A stretch of DNA of 57,468 nt from Candidatus Edwardsbacteria bacterium (GTDB taxonomy: Bacteria; Edwardsbacteria; AC1; EtOH8). The position numbers and the translations under genes are program-made. Under the pieces are notes generated by a model that made no database searches, was not told where the DNA came from, and saw nothing but the letters and a program-made list of their open reading frames with translations. The stretch covers positions 1 to 57,468 of the forward strand of contig JALOPJ010000003.1 of the NCBI GenBank assembly GCA_025453955.1, read 5' to 3'. Shown here in pieces: positions 40,117 to 50,121 of the stretch (within the stretch, counting starts at the first letter, position 1; each line of letters opens with the position of its first letter).

Positions 40117-41126
40117 CGCGCGTCGCCCGGCGCCCCGCGGTCGTAGATCTGCCGGACGATCTCCTCGATGGCCGGCTCCTCCAGCTCCAGGTCGCGCACC
40201 TCCAGGGTGTCCAGCAGCAGCTGCATCAGCTGGGGCAGGTTGACCCGGCCCTTGCTGAACGACAGCTCCCAGCGGTAGGGGTCGAGCGCGGTGATGCCCA
40301 GCCGGTAGTCCTTGAGCAGCAGCATCATCTTGCTGGCGTTGATCGGGAAGATGGTCTCGACCAGCAGCCGCCGCGGGATGTCGACGCGCTCCTTCAGCTC
40401 GCGCAGGCCGCCGTCGTAGATCAGCTTCCCGGCGTCGATCATGATCACCCGGCTGCAGAGCTCCTCGATGTCGGACAGGTCGTGGGTGGTCAGGATCACC
40501 GTGGTGCCCTGCTGGCGGTTGGTCTCGCGGATGAAGTCGCGGATCGACGCCTTCACCGCCACGTCCAGGCCGATGGTGGGCTCGTCCAGGAACAGGATCG
40601 CCGGATTGTGCAGCAGCGACGCGGCCAGGTCGCAGCGCATCCGCTGGCCCAGCGACAGCTTGCGCACCGGGATGTTGAGCAGGTCCTCCAGGCCCAGCAC
40701 CTGGTTGAACTTCTTCAGCCGCTGCCGGTACTCGTCCCTGGGTATCTCGTAGATCTTCTGCAGCAGGTTGAAGGCCTCGATCACCGCGATGTCCCACCAC
40801 AGCTGGGTGCGCTGGCCGAACACCACGCCGATGGTGCGGACGTGGCGGTAGCGGTCCTTGTGCGGCACCAGCCCCTGCACCGCCAGCGAGCCCGCGGTCG
40901 GCACCAGGATGCCGGTCAGCATCTTGATGGTGGTCGACTTGCCGGCGCCGTTGGGCCCGATGTAGCCGATGATCTCGCCGCGCTCCACCGAGAGGTCGAT
41001 GCCGTCCACGGCGCGCACCACCTCGTACGTGCGGTGCCACAGGTCCTTGACCGCGCCGACCAGGCCCGGCCGCCGCCGGAACCGCTTGAAGTGCTTGCTG
41101 AGGCTGTGGGCTTCGATGATGGGCAT
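40113..41126 (-). CDS. ABC transporter ATP-binding protein
   Basis: GPNGAGKST, FGQRTQLWWD, LSLGQRMR, LDEPTIGLD. Confidence 0.95.
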   Translation of the reverse strand: MPIIEAHSLSKHFKRFRRRPGLVGAVKDLWHRTYEVVRAVDGIDLSVERGEIIGYIGPNGAGKSTTIKMLTGILVPTAGSLAVQGLVPHKDRYRHVRTIGVVFGQRTQLWWDIAVIEAFNLLQKIYEIPRDEYRQRLKKFNQVLGLEDLLNIPVRKLSLGQRMRCDLAASLLHNPAILFLDEPTIGLDVAVKASIRDFIRETNRQQGTTVILTTHDLSDIEELCSRVIMIDAGKLIYDGGLRELKERVDIPRRLLVETIFPINASKMMLLLKDYRLGITALDPYRWELSFSKGRVNLPQLMQLLLDTLEVRDLELEEPAIEEIVRQIYDRGAPGDAR

Positions 41127-41193
41127 CTTGCTGACAACGGAATAAATGCCGAAAAGGATGTAAATGCGACAAAGGTTGCTCGAATCTAGCCGA

Positions 41194-41871
41194 TCAGAGA
41201 ACCTTTACTCCCTTTCGCACGTTTACAACTTTTAGATCTTTGAGTGGACAGCCAGAACAGTCAGGTTTCGAGCGGCAGTGGTCCTTGGCCAGCCGGACGA
41301 TCAGCGCGTGGTATTCGTTGTACAACCGGGCGTGCTTCGGCAACCGCTCCGTGAAGAAGCGCTGCCAGTATTCGTATGCGTCATACTCGCCCAGGACGCC
41401 GTGCCGGGAGAAGACGCGCCTGGTGTAGGCGTCGATCACGAAGACCGGCCTCCCCAGGGCGTACAACAGGATCGAGTCAGCTGTCTCCGGGCCGATCCCC
41501 TTCAAGCCCAGCAACTCTTCACGCAGTCTTCTGACCGGGGCCGACCGCATCCGATCGACGTCGGCACCATGCCTCGAAACGTAGTAACGGCAGTACGACT
41601 TGAGATACTCGGCTTTCTGGTTGAAAAAGCCAGACGGTCTGACCAGTTTCGATAAACGCGACGTCGTTGCTACGTGAATGCGGTGAGGTTCGAATAGACC
41701 GGCGTCCTTGAGGTTCCGGATCGCCAGCTCGACGTTCTTCCAGTTGGTGTTCTGGGTCAGGATCGCGCCGGCCATCACCTCGAACGGCGTGTCCCCGGGC
41801 CACCAATGCTGCGGGCCGAACCGCTCGAGCAAGATGCGGTAAATTCCGGTCAAATCAGTAGTTGCCCGCAT
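41194..41871 (-). CDS. Endonuclease III-related HhH-GPD protein
   Basis: GAILTQNTNW, LKGIGPETADSILLYA, C-terminal Cys cluster. Confidence 0.92.
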   Translation of the reverse strand: MRATTDLTGIYRILLERFGPQHWWPGDTPFEVMAGAILTQNTNWKNVELAIRNLKDAGLFEPHRIHVATTSRLSKLVRPSGFFNQKAEYLKSYCRYYVSRHGADVDRMRSAPVRRLREELLGLKGIGPETADSILLYALGRPVFVIDAYTRRVFSRHGVLGEYDAYEYWQRFFTERLPKHARLYNEYHALIVRLAKDHCRSKPDCSGCPLKDLKVVNVRKGVKVL

Positions 41872-41880
41872 GGAATTGCG

Positions 41881-41909
41881 ATTTTAACACAGATACCTAT
41901 GGTAGTCAA
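41881..41909 (-). promoter_or_regulatory. sigma70 promoter
   Basis: TTGACT-N17-TAAAAT, 10 nt from ATG. Confidence 0.6.
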
Positions 41910-41949
41910 CGCTATAATGGCCGATTTTCGAGAAAACAGCAAAAAAACG

Positions 41950-41969
41950 AAAAACCCGCGATTGCGGGT
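41950..41969 (-). terminator. Terminator of the ABC/TolC operon
   Basis: ACCCGC-AATC-GCGGGT followed by T-runs on minus strand. Confidence 0.6.
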
Positions 41970-41983
41970 CCCCGAAGGTTCTC

Positions 41984-42107
41984 GTCATCCTGAGATCGCC
42001 CGGGTCCGGACAGGACGAAGGATCGCTCCGTTGCCTGGCTGATCAAAGGACGGCGAATACGGGATCATCACTCATTCAGCAAGGCATGAGGGCATGCTCG
42101 GGATGAC
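41984..42107. repeat. Palindromic intergenic repeat (REP/MITE-like), copy A
   Basis: Ends GTCATCCTGAG...CTCGGGATGAC. Confidence 0.75.
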
Positions 42108-42126
42108 CATGCGCCCGATCATGTGG

Positions 42127-43251
42127 CTATTCCAGCTTCCGGCGGAACCGCAGCACGCTCAGCGTCAGCACGGCCGAGCCGAAGGCGAACAGCGCCAGGG
42201 CCTGCGGCCACAGCTCGGAAATCCCCACCCCCTTCAGGAACAGCCCGCGGATGATCACGAAGTAATAGCGCAGCGGCAGCACGTAGGTGGCCCACTGGAT
42301 CACCCGCGGCATGTTCTCGATCGGGAACACGAACCCGGTGAGGATGATCATCGGCATCATCACGAAGAAGATGGCCGTCATCATCGCCTGCTGCTGGTTG
42401 CGCGACACCGTGGAGATCAGCAGGCCCAGCCCCAGGGTGTTGAGGATGAACAGCAGCGACAGCCCGTAGAGCAGCGCCAGGCTGCCGGCCAGCGGCACCC
42501 GGAACCACAGGGTGGCCACCGCCACCACCAGCGTGATGTCCACCAGGCCGATCGCGGCGAACGGCGCCAGCTTGCCGACGATCAGCTGCCAGGGCCTGAT
42601 CGGCGTCACCAGCAGCTGGTCCATGGTGCCGGACTCGCGCTCCCGCACCACGCCCAGCGAGGTCAGCATCATGGTCATCACCATCAGCAGCATCCCCAGC
42701 ACGCCCGGCACCATGAAGTTCCTGCTCTTGAGCGAGGGGTTGTACCAGACGCGGGGCCGGGAGTCGATCCGCACCAGTAGTCCGGCCGGCCGGCCGGCCA
42801 GGACCCGCTGCTGACGCCGCATCAGCTCGCGGTTGACAATCTGGGTGGCGTAGGCCAGCCCGATGCCGGCCGAGTTGGCGTCGGCGCCGTCGGCGATCAC
42901 CTGCACCCGCGGCGGCCGGCCGGCCGCCAGGCCGGCGGCGAAGCCGCGCGGGATGACGATGCCGATGGCCGCAGTGCCGTTGTCGATCAGCGGGCCGATG
43001 GCCTCGGCCGACGCCGCCCGGCCGGCGTCGGCGAAGTAGCCGGCGTGGAAGAACGAGCCGGCGAACTCCCGGCTCTCCCGGGTGCGGTCCTGGTCGCAGA
43101 CCACGGTGGGGATGGTGCGGACGTCCAGCGAGGCGGCGTAGGCCAGGATCAGCAGCTGCAGCACCGGCGCGATGAACGACAGCGCCAGCATCTTGCGGTC
43201 GCGCCGGAACTGGATGAACTCTTTCTGGATGATGAACAGGACGGTGCGCAT
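42127..43251 (-). CDS. ABC-2 permease (YbhR/YbhS-like)
   Basis: KEFIQFRRD, VWYNP, RERESGT, GFVFPIENMP. Confidence 0.94.
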   Translation of the reverse strand: MRTVLFIIQKEFIQFRRDRKMLALSFIAPVLQLLILAYAASLDVRTIPTVVCDQDRTRESREFAGSFFHAGYFADAGRAASAEAIGPLIDNGTAAIGIVIPRGFAAGLAAGRPPRVQVIADGADANSAGIGLAYATQIVNRELMRRQQRVLAGRPAGLLVRIDSRPRVWYNPSLKSRNFMVPGVLGMLLMVMTMMLTSLGVVRERESGTMDQLLVTPIRPWQLIVGKLAPFAAIGLVDITLVVAVATLWFRVPLAGSLALLYGLSLLFILNTLGLGLLISTVSRNQQQAMMTAIFFVMMPMIILTGFVFPIENMPRVIQWATYVLPLRYYFVIIRGLFLKGVGISELWPQALALFAFGSAVLTLSVLRFRRKLE

Positions 43252-43265
43252 GACTCAATTTCAAT

Positions 43266-43355
43266 CAGGAAGCCATGAATGCATGAAAAAAGATGTCCAA
43301 GGTGGCAGCTAAGAATCCAGATATCTCGTGTCTATTCGATGTTCATGGTTTCCTG
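43266..43355. repeat. AT-rich intergenic element with 14-bp inverted ends
   Basis: CAGGAAGCCATGAA...TTCATGGTTTCCTG. Confidence 0.6.
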
Positions 43356-43383
43356 GCTTCATTATGGAAAGATCGTAACATCT

Positions 43384-44028
43384 TCATACTGATCCTGACC
43401 TCCGTCGACAGGCCAGTACCCAGGACAAGGTCGACAAACGTTCATACTCGATGGCATACCCCAGCCGTTCAAGCAGCGGGACATCATGAGAAAGGTCCAG
43501 GAATGACTCCTCGTTGAGCTCCTCGATCATGTCCTTGCGTCCCTCCGACTCGAACGTGCCCACTAGGTCTTCCCGCTGTTTTTCATCCTGGAACATGAAA
43601 TCACCGATCACGATCCGTCCTCCGGGACGCAGCACCCGGTCCATTTCCCGGTACGATCGCTCCTTTTCTTCCGGGCCGAGATGATGGAATGCGAAGCTGG
43701 AGACGACCCGGTCGAACGAGGCTTCCCGGAACGGTATTGCCTGGAAGCATCCGTACGAAAGCCGCAGCTGCAGGCCCTTGGACCTCGTCTTCTTCATCAT
43801 GCTGCCGGAGATATCGATGCCGTAATACGCGACGTCCACCTTGACCCGCTCAGGCAACAGGCCGGTCCCGACGCCGATGTCGAGCACCGACTGGCCCGGC
43901 GCGAGTTCGGCGCAGCCAATGACGCGGTCGAGGACCCCGAAGTAGTTTTCCCTGATATAGTCGCCCAGATGCCGCGCCACCCGCTCGTCGTAGTGCTCGG
44001 CCTGCGCGTCGTGACAACCGTGTCTCAT
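43384..44028 (-). CDS. Class I SAM-dependent methyltransferase
   Basis: VLDIGVGTG, GIDIS, SSFAFHHL, RVLRPGG. Confidence 0.9.
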   Translation of the reverse strand: MRHGCHDAQAEHYDERVARHLGDYIRENYFGVLDRVIGCAELAPGQSVLDIGVGTGLLPERVKVDVAYYGIDISGSMMKKTRSKGLQLRLSYGCFQAIPFREASFDRVVSSFAFHHLGPEEKERSYREMDRVLRPGGRIVIGDFMFQDEKQREDLVGTFESEGRKDMIEELNEESFLDLSHDVPLLERLGYAIEYERLSTLSWVLACRRRSGSV

Positions 44029-44040
44029 CCGGTCGCCCGC

Positions 44041-45180
44041 CTAGAGTTTCTTCATCCTGATCCGCACCGCCGCGGCGCCCAGCATCGCGGCCGCGAAGGC
44101 GCACAGCGCCAGCACCTGCGGCCAGAAGGCCTCCAGCCCCGCCCCCTTCAGGATGATGGCCCGGATGCAGACCAGGTAGTAGCGGCCCGGCACCAGGTAG
44201 GTGATCAGCTGCACCGGCAGCGGCATGTTGCGGATCGGGAAGACGAACCCCGACAGGATGTACGACGGCAGCATGGTGGCGATCACCGCGATCATGAAGG
44301 CCACCTGCTGGGTGTCGGCCAGGGTCGAGATCATGATGCCCATCCCCAGCGCGGCCAGGATGAACACCAGCGTCACGCCGTACAGCAGCAGCAGGCTGCC
44401 GGCCACCCGCACCTCGAACAGCCAGGCGCCCAGCAGCAGGATCATGGTGGTCGACAGCAGGGCGATCAGCACGTAGGGCGCGGTCTTGCCGACCACCAGC
44501 TCCAGCGGCGTCACCGGCGACACCGCCAGCTGCTCCATGGTGCCGCGCTCCTTCTCGCGCACGATCGACAGCGTGGTGGAGATCACCGCCACCACCATCA
44601 GGATGAAGCCGATCAGGCCCGGGATCAGGAACCTGGCGCTCTTGAGCTCGGGGTTGAACCAGACCCGCGGCCGGTAGTCCAGCGGCAGCGTGACGCGGGA
44701 GCCGCCGCGGCGCATGATCCGCTCGGCGGTCAGCCGCAGCGAGTACTGCTGCATCATGGCCTCCAGCGAGCCCAGCACCGAGGTGGCGGCGTTGGAGTTG
44801 GCGCCGTCGACGATGAACTGCACCGACGGCGACCGGCCCGCCGCCAGGCCGGCGCCGAAGCCCGGCGGGATCACCACCGCCAGCCGGGCCCGCTCGGTGC
44901 CCAGCAGCCGGTCGATCTCGCGCTGGTCGCGCAGCCAGTAGCGCAGGTCGAAGAACTCGGTGCGGCCGAACTGCTGCCACAGCTCGCGGCTGGCCGGCGT
45001 GCGGTCCAGGTCCAGCACGGCCACCGGCGTGTGCTTGACGTCGAAGTTCAGCGCGTAGCCGAACATCATCAGCATGAACACCGGCACGAACAGCAGGATG
45101 CCCATGGTGCGCGGGTCCCGCCGGATCTGGCGGAACTCCTTGCGGATGATCGGGACGATGTGTCCGGGCTCGTGCCGCAT
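44041..45180 (-). CDS. ABC-2 permease (YbhS/YbhR-like)
   Basis: KEFRQIRRD, VWFNP, REKERGTME. Confidence 0.94.
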   Translation of the reverse strand: MRHEPGHIVPIIRKEFRQIRRDPRTMGILLFVPVFMLMMFGYALNFDVKHTPVAVLDLDRTPASRELWQQFGRTEFFDLRYWLRDQREIDRLLGTERARLAVVIPPGFGAGLAAGRSPSVQFIVDGANSNAATSVLGSLEAMMQQYSLRLTAERIMRRGGSRVTLPLDYRPRVWFNPELKSARFLIPGLIGFILMVVAVISTTLSIVREKERGTMEQLAVSPVTPLELVVGKTAPYVLIALLSTTMILLLGAWLFEVRVAGSLLLLYGVTLVFILAALGMGIMISTLADTQQVAFMIAVIATMLPSYILSGFVFPIRNMPLPVQLITYLVPGRYYLVCIRAIILKGAGLEAFWPQVLALCAFAAAMLGAAAVRIRMKKL

Positions 45181-45194
45181 TGTCCGCTCGCGAG

Positions 45195-46130
45195 CTATGT
45201 TTGCTGCTCGATCACCTGGATGAACACGTCCTCCAGGGTCGGGGTCACCCGGCCGATGCGGGCGGCGGGGATGCCGCGCTCCGCCAGCGTCCGCCGCACC
45301 AGCCGCTCCCCCTCCACCGCGTCGTCCACGCTGACGTGGAGGCTGGTGCCGAAGATCGACGTCTCCTTCGCCCAGTCCTGGCCCTGGATGGCGTCCAGCG
45401 CGGCGATGGCGTCGGGGCTCTCGACCTCCAGGATCGGGTTCCTGATGTGCTCGGCCTTGAGGCTGCCCGGGCTGCCGCCGGCCACGATCCTGCCGGCGTG
45501 CATCAGCATGATGGTGTGGCAGTACTCGGCCTCGTCCAGGTAGTGGGTGGTGACGAACACCGTGGTGCCGCCGGCCGACAGGTCGCCGATCAGGTCCCAG
45601 AACCTGCGGCGCGACACCGGGTCCACCCCGCCGGTGGGCTCGTCCAGGAACACGATGCCCGGCCGGTGCAGCACGGCGCAGCCCAGCGCCAGCCGCTGCC
45701 GCATGCCTCCCGCCAGCTCGCGGGCCAGCGACCGCTCGCGGCCCTGCAGGCCGGCCATGGCGACGGCCCACTCGCGGCGCTCGCGCAGCACGCTGTCGGA
45801 CAGGCCGTAGACCCCGCCGAAGAAGGTCAGGTTCTCGGCCACCGACAGGTCCTCGTACAGCGAGAACCGCTGCGACATGTAGCCGATGGCGCGTTTCACC
45901 CTGTCGGATTCGCGGTTGATGTCGTGCCCGCCCACCGTGGCCGTGCCCGAGGTCGACTGCAGCAAGCCGCACAGCATCTTGATGGTGGTGGTCTTGCCGG
46001 CGCCGTTGGCGCCCAGGAACCCGAAGATCTCGCCGGCCCGGACGCTGAACGAAACGTCGTCCACCGCGGTGAAGCCGCCGAAGCGCTTGGCCAGGTTGTG
46101 AACCTGGATGGAATGCTCGCTTAGCTTCAT
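45195..46130 (-). CDS. ABC ATP-binding protein (YbhF-like, second half)
   Basis: GANGAGKTT, GYMSQRFSLY, LDEPTGGVDP. Confidence 0.95.
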   Translation of the reverse strand: MKLSEHSIQVHNLAKRFGGFTAVDDVSFSVRAGEIFGFLGANGAGKTTTIKMLCGLLQSTSGTATVGGHDINRESDRVKRAIGYMSQRFSLYEDLSVAENLTFFGGVYGLSDSVLRERREWAVAMAGLQGRERSLARELAGGMRQRLALGCAVLHRPGIVFLDEPTGGVDPVSRRRFWDLIGDLSAGGTTVFVTTHYLDEAEYCHTIMLMHAGRIVAGGSPGSLKAEHIRNPILEVESPDAIAALDAIQGQDWAKETSIFGTSLHVSVDDAVEGERLVRRTLAERGIPAARIGRVTPTLEDVFIQVIEQQT

Positions 46131-46138
46131 GCAGTCCC

Positions 46139-46248
46139 GTCACCCTGAGATAGCATCGTGCCTGGTGGATTGAAGGGTGATCGTTGGCCGATCGGCGATG
46201 TTGCGTTCATCCCTCATCCGGCAAGGCGTGGTGCGATCTCGGGATGAC
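46139..46248. repeat. Palindromic intergenic repeat, copy B
   Basis: GTCACCCTGAGAT...ATCTCGGGATGAC. Confidence 0.75.
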
Positions 46249-46258
46249 ATCTGTGCGT

Positions 46259-47584
46259 TCACTCCCCCACCGCCTTGGCCAGCCGCGCTGCGGCGATCTG
46301 GCGCTCCACCAGCGCCCGGGTGTGGTTGAGCCGGGCCTGCAGCAGCAGGTTTTCCGCGTCCAGCAGGTCGCTGTTGGTGGCCAGGCCGTTCCTGAACCGC
46401 TGGTCGCTGGTGCGGAAGTTCTCCCGCGCCTGGTCCACGCCGTCGGCCGTGACCGCGATCTTCTCGCGGCATTTTCCCAGGTCCAGCCAGGCGACCCGGA
46501 CCTCGGCCATCACCCCGTCGCGGGCCTGGGCCAGCGCGTCCTCGGCCTGCGCCAACTGGGCCCTGGCCTGCCGCACCTGGTGCCGGGTGGCGCCCCAGTT
46601 CCAGACGTCAAGCGACAGCGCCACGCCAACGTCCCAGGTGCCGTCGAACCGGTCCCGGGCCGGGAAGATCCGCTGGTTGGGCCGGGCGTAGGCGTAGTTG
46701 GCGGTGCCGAACACCTGCGGGTACCAGCCGGCCCGGGCCATGCCGACCGTGGCGCCTCCGGCCGCCACCCGGTCCTGCAGCGCCCGCAGCTCGGGCCGCG
46801 AGGCGGTGGCCCGCTCCAGCAGCGGGCCGAGCTCCGGGTCCCCGGCCTGGCTGGTGTCCGGTTCCGATGCCAGCGCCACCGATGCGTCCAGCGGCCTGCC
46901 GCAGATGTTGTTGAGGCCGATCTCCGCCACCCGGGCGGCGTTGGCCGCGTCGATCCGCAACAGCCGGGCAATGGAAAGCTGCAGCCGCACTTTGAGCCGT
47001 TCGTTGTCGGTGGCCATGCCCTGCGCCACCAGGTTGTCCATGTCGCGGAGGTGAGACTCCACCTGCCGCACGTTGTCCCCGACCACGCGCTCGACCTGGC
47101 GGGCCTGGTACAGCGACCAGTACGCGGTGCGTACGGCCAGCGCCAGCTCGCCTTGCTCGGCCAGCAGTTCCTGCCGCGCGGCGGCGGCTCCGGACCGCCG
47201 TGCCGCATGCTGCGAGGTCAGGCGGTTGCCCAGGAACAGCGGCTGCTGCAGCGTCAGCTTCGACTGGTAGCTGTTGAGCACGGCCTCGGACAGGGTCATC
47301 GACAGCGGCCGCTGGTACGACGGGATGGTAATGCTGAAGTCCGGCACATTGGACAACCGGGAATAGCCGGCCGTCGCTTTGAGTGTCGGCAGCAGGGCCG
47401 AGAACGACTCATCCTGTCTGGCCTCGGCCTGAGCGACCCGCATCTGGGCTGAGTGCAGTTTCCTGTTGTTCTGCAGCCCCAGCCGTACGAAGTCATCGAC
47501 CGATAGCGGATCGACCGGTTGTAATTGAGCAACAGCAGCATTGCCAATGCCCAACAACGCAATTAGTACGATGCTCTTATGCAT
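46259..47584 (-). CDS. TolC-family outer membrane efflux protein
   Basis: Signal peptide, two OEP-like repeats (LLPTL, WYPQV, RPEL, GLATNSDLLDA). Confidence 0.9.
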   Translation of the reverse strand: MHKSIVLIALLGIGNAAVAQLQPVDPLSVDDFVRLGLQNNRKLHSAQMRVAQAEARQDESFSALLPTLKATAGYSRLSNVPDFSITIPSYQRPLSMTLSEAVLNSYQSKLTLQQPLFLGNRLTSQHAARRSGAAAARQELLAEQGELALAVRTAYWSLYQARQVERVVGDNVRQVESHLRDMDNLVAQGMATDNERLKVRLQLSIARLLRIDAANAARVAEIGLNNICGRPLDASVALASEPDTSQAGDPELGPLLERATASRPELRALQDRVAAGGATVGMARAGWYPQVFGTANYAYARPNQRIFPARDRFDGTWDVGVALSLDVWNWGATRHQVRQARAQLAQAEDALAQARDGVMAEVRVAWLDLGKCREKIAVTADGVDQARENFRTSDQRFRNGLATNSDLLDAENLLLQARLNHTRALVERQIAAARLAKAVGE

Positions 47585-47597
47585 ATAACACCCGAAT

Positions 47598-48539
47598 TTA
47601 AAGCGTCACTTGATCGCCCTGTTTTCTTTGCTCCATCAGGCTGATGAACACGTTTTCCAGCGAGGGCGAGATCTCCCGCCAGATCTCGCAGGCTACGCCA
47701 CGGCCCTCGATCGTTTTCCGGACCTTGGGCCAGTCGCGCGGAGCATCGTCCACGATGATGTTGAGCCGGTCGCCGAAGGTCTGCACCTCCCTGATCAGCG
47801 GATCGGCGGCAAGTTCCCGGGCGGCCACCCGGGCGTCGGCGCAGACCAGCTCGATCACGCCTCCCCGCATCCGTGACTTGATTGCGGCGGGCGCGTCGCA
47901 GGCCAGCAGCCGGCCCTTGTCCATCAAGCCGACCACCGAGCAGCGCTCGGCCTCGTCCATGTACGGGGTGGTCAGCACGATGGTCAGGCCGGTGCGCAGC
48001 AGGCCGGACAGGATCCGCCAGAAGTCGCGCCGCGACACCGGGTCGACGCCGGTGGTGGGCTCGTCCAGGAACACGATGCGCGGCGTGTGGACCAGGGTGC
48101 AGGCCAGCGCCAGCTTCTGCTTCATGCCGCCGGAGAGCCGGTCGGCCAGCCGACTGCGGAAGGCGGCCAGACGCGTGAACGCCAGCAGCTCCTCGCGCCG
48201 CTTCCGGCAGTCCCGCACGCCGTGGATCTCGGCGAAGAACTCGATGTTCTCGTCGACCGTCAGGTCGCTGTACAGCGAGAACTTCTGCGACAGGTAACCC
48301 ACCAGCGGCTTGATGCGCGGCATTCCGGTCGCGATGTCCTGGCCGCAGACGCGCGCGGAACCGCCGTCCGGCGCCAGGATGCCGCACAGCGTGCGGATCA
48401 GGGTGGTCTTGCCGGCCCCGTCCGGCCCCACCAGCGCCAGCATCCGGCCGGCCGGCAGCGACAGCGACAGCCCGTCGACCGCGGCCAGGCCGCCGTAGCG
48501 CTTGGTGAGGTTCTCGATCTCGAGGATCGCGTCCGGCAT
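47598..48539 (-). CDS. ABC ATP-binding protein (YbhF-like, first half)
   Basis: GPDGAGKTT, LSGGMKQKL, LDEPTTGVDP. Confidence 0.95.
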   Translation of the reverse strand: MPDAILEIENLTKRYGGLAAVDGLSLSLPAGRMLALVGPDGAGKTTLIRTLCGILAPDGGSARVCGQDIATGMPRIKPLVGYLSQKFSLYSDLTVDENIEFFAEIHGVRDCRKRREELLAFTRLAAFRSRLADRLSGGMKQKLALACTLVHTPRIVFLDEPTTGVDPVSRRDFWRILSGLLRTGLTIVLTTPYMDEAERCSVVGLMDKGRLLACDAPAAIKSRMRGGVIELVCADARVAARELAADPLIREVQTFGDRLNIIVDDAPRDWPKVRKTIEGRGVACEIWREISPSLENVFISLMEQRKQGDQVTL

Positions 48540-48558
48540 GGCCCTGCGTCCGGAGGCG

Positions 48559-49362
48559 CTACGGCCGGATCACGGCGTCGGCCGGCAGGCCGGGCTTGAG
48601 CTCCCGGCCCGGGTTGTCGATGGCGATCTTGATCCCGAACACCTGCTTCACCCGGTCCTCGCGGGTCTGGACGTTCTTGGGCGTGAACTCGGCCTGGGGC
48701 GAGATCCGGACCACCGACCCGCTGAAGGCCCGGTCGGGAAAGGCGTCGACGCTGACCGCGGCCTGCTGGCCCAGCCTGACCCGGGCCAGCTCCAGCGCGG
48801 TGACGTAGATCACCAGCTCCACCCGGTCCAGCCGGGTGACCGTGGCCAGCGTGGCGCCGGGTCCCACGGTCTCGCCGGGCTCGAAGGCGCGGGTGGTGAC
48901 GGTGCCGGCGGCGGGCGAGGCCACGCGGCAGTCGGCGATCTGCTTGCGCACCAGGTCGGCCGCGGCCCGGGCCTGGTCGCAGCGGGCCTGGGACGCCCGC
49001 AGCCGGGCCAGGGCGTCGTCGCGCTGCTTGGCGGTGGCGCTGCCCGAGGCGAACAGCGTCTCTGACCGGCGGCTGTCGGCGCGGTCGTTGTCCAGCTGGG
49101 CCCGCGCCAGATCCACGCCGGCATCGGCCTGCCGCAGCTGCAGGTCCAGCGTGGCGTGGTCGATCTCGGCCAGCGGGTCGCCGGCGCGGACCTCGCTGCC
49201 CTCGTCCACCGCGTAGCGCAGGATCTGGCCGCCGGTCCTGGCCGCCACGTCGACCGAGACCGCCTCGATGGTGCCCGAGGCCCGGATCGCGCCGTTGTCG
49301 CGGCCGCCGCAGGAGGCCAGGGCCAGTCCCAGCAGCGCGATGATGGGTGCATGCCTACGCAT
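48559..49362 (-). CDS. HlyD-family adaptor (YbhG-like), lipoprotein
   Basis: LASC lipobox, ASGTIEA, AEFTPKNVQT, LKPGLPAD. Confidence 0.93.
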   Translation of the reverse strand: MRRHAPIIALLGLALASCGGRDNGAIRASGTIEAVSVDVAARTGGQILRYAVDEGSEVRAGDPLAEIDHATLDLQLRQADAGVDLARAQLDNDRADSRRSETLFASGSATAKQRDDALARLRASQARCDQARAAADLVRKQIADCRVASPAAGTVTTRAFEPGETVGPGATLATVTRLDRVELVIYVTALELARVRLGQQAAVSVDAFPDRAFSGSVVRISPQAEFTPKNVQTREDRVKQVFGIKIAIDNPGRELKPGLPADAVIRP

Positions 49363-50002
49363 GATCGAACTCCTTTCGCAGCTTCGTCAGTTTGCGGAAA
49401 TGGACGATCTTGGCCCGCTCGGTGAGGATGCCGACGAACATGGTCTTGCCCACGGCCTGGAACAGCCGGGAGGGCGTGGCGTGCGGCAGCGTCGCCAGCA
49501 CCCGGGGGTTGACCACGCCCTGGATGGTGGCGGCGTAGATCACGGTCAACAGCTCGGGATCGACGTCGCCGCGGATGGCGCCTGCGGCCTGTCCCCGGCG
49601 CACCAGCCGGCCGAAATTGGCCATCACCTTGCGGTGGCGGAACCGCTCCACCTCCCGCCACAGCTCGGGCGCGTGCTTCCGCAGGTCGTCGGCGAACTGC
49701 GAGCCGATCCGGGCGACGCGCGCGCTCATCAGCCGCATCAGCCCGATCAGCTGGTCGATGAAGTCGCGGCGATCGTCCCCCACGATGGCCTCGACCTCGG
49801 CCGCCACGTCGTTGATCATGCCCCGCACCACCGCCTGCAGCAGCCGGTCCTTGCCGGCGAAGTGCTGGTAGAGGGTCTTCTTGCTGATGCCCAGCTCGGC
49901 GGCGATCTCGTCGACGGTGACCTTGGCGAAGCCGCGGCTGAAGAAGATGCCGCCGGCCACCTCGATGATGCGCTGGCGGACCTGGGATCGTGCGGTGTCC
50001 AT
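49355..50002 (-). CDS. TetR/AcrR-family regulator
   Basis: VTVDEIAAELGISKKTLYQHF HTH. Confidence 0.95.
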   Translation of the reverse strand: MDTARSQVRQRIIEVAGGIFFSRGFAKVTVDEIAAELGISKKTLYQHFAGKDRLLQAVVRGMINDVAAEVEAIVGDDRRDFIDQLIGLMRLMSARVARIGSQFADDLRKHAPELWREVERFRHRKVMANFGRLVRRGQAAGAIRGDVDPELLTVIYAATIQGVVNPRVLATLPHATPSRLFQAVGKTMFVGILTERAKIVHFRKLTKLRKEFDHA

Positions 50003-50011
50003 GGTACGTTA

Positions 50012-50069
50012 GAAACTGTTTTCGTTTTATTAGTTTCCGAAATATACCACGGAGGCGTCCGGTTGTCAA
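50012..50069 (-). promoter_or_regulatory. sigma70 promoter and candidate TetR operator
   Basis: TTGACA-N17-TATATT (50041-50069); GAAACT-N14-AGTTTC (50012-50037). Confidence 0.7.
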
Positions 50070-50083
50070 GGGCAAAACGCAAC

Positions 50084-50104
50084 AAAAAAACCGCCCTGCG
50101 GCGG
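50084..50104 (-). terminator. Rho-independent terminator
   Basis: CCGCC-GCAG-GGCGG-T7 on minus strand. Confidence 0.7.
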
Positions 50105-50121
50105 CCGTGAGGCTGGATCGC

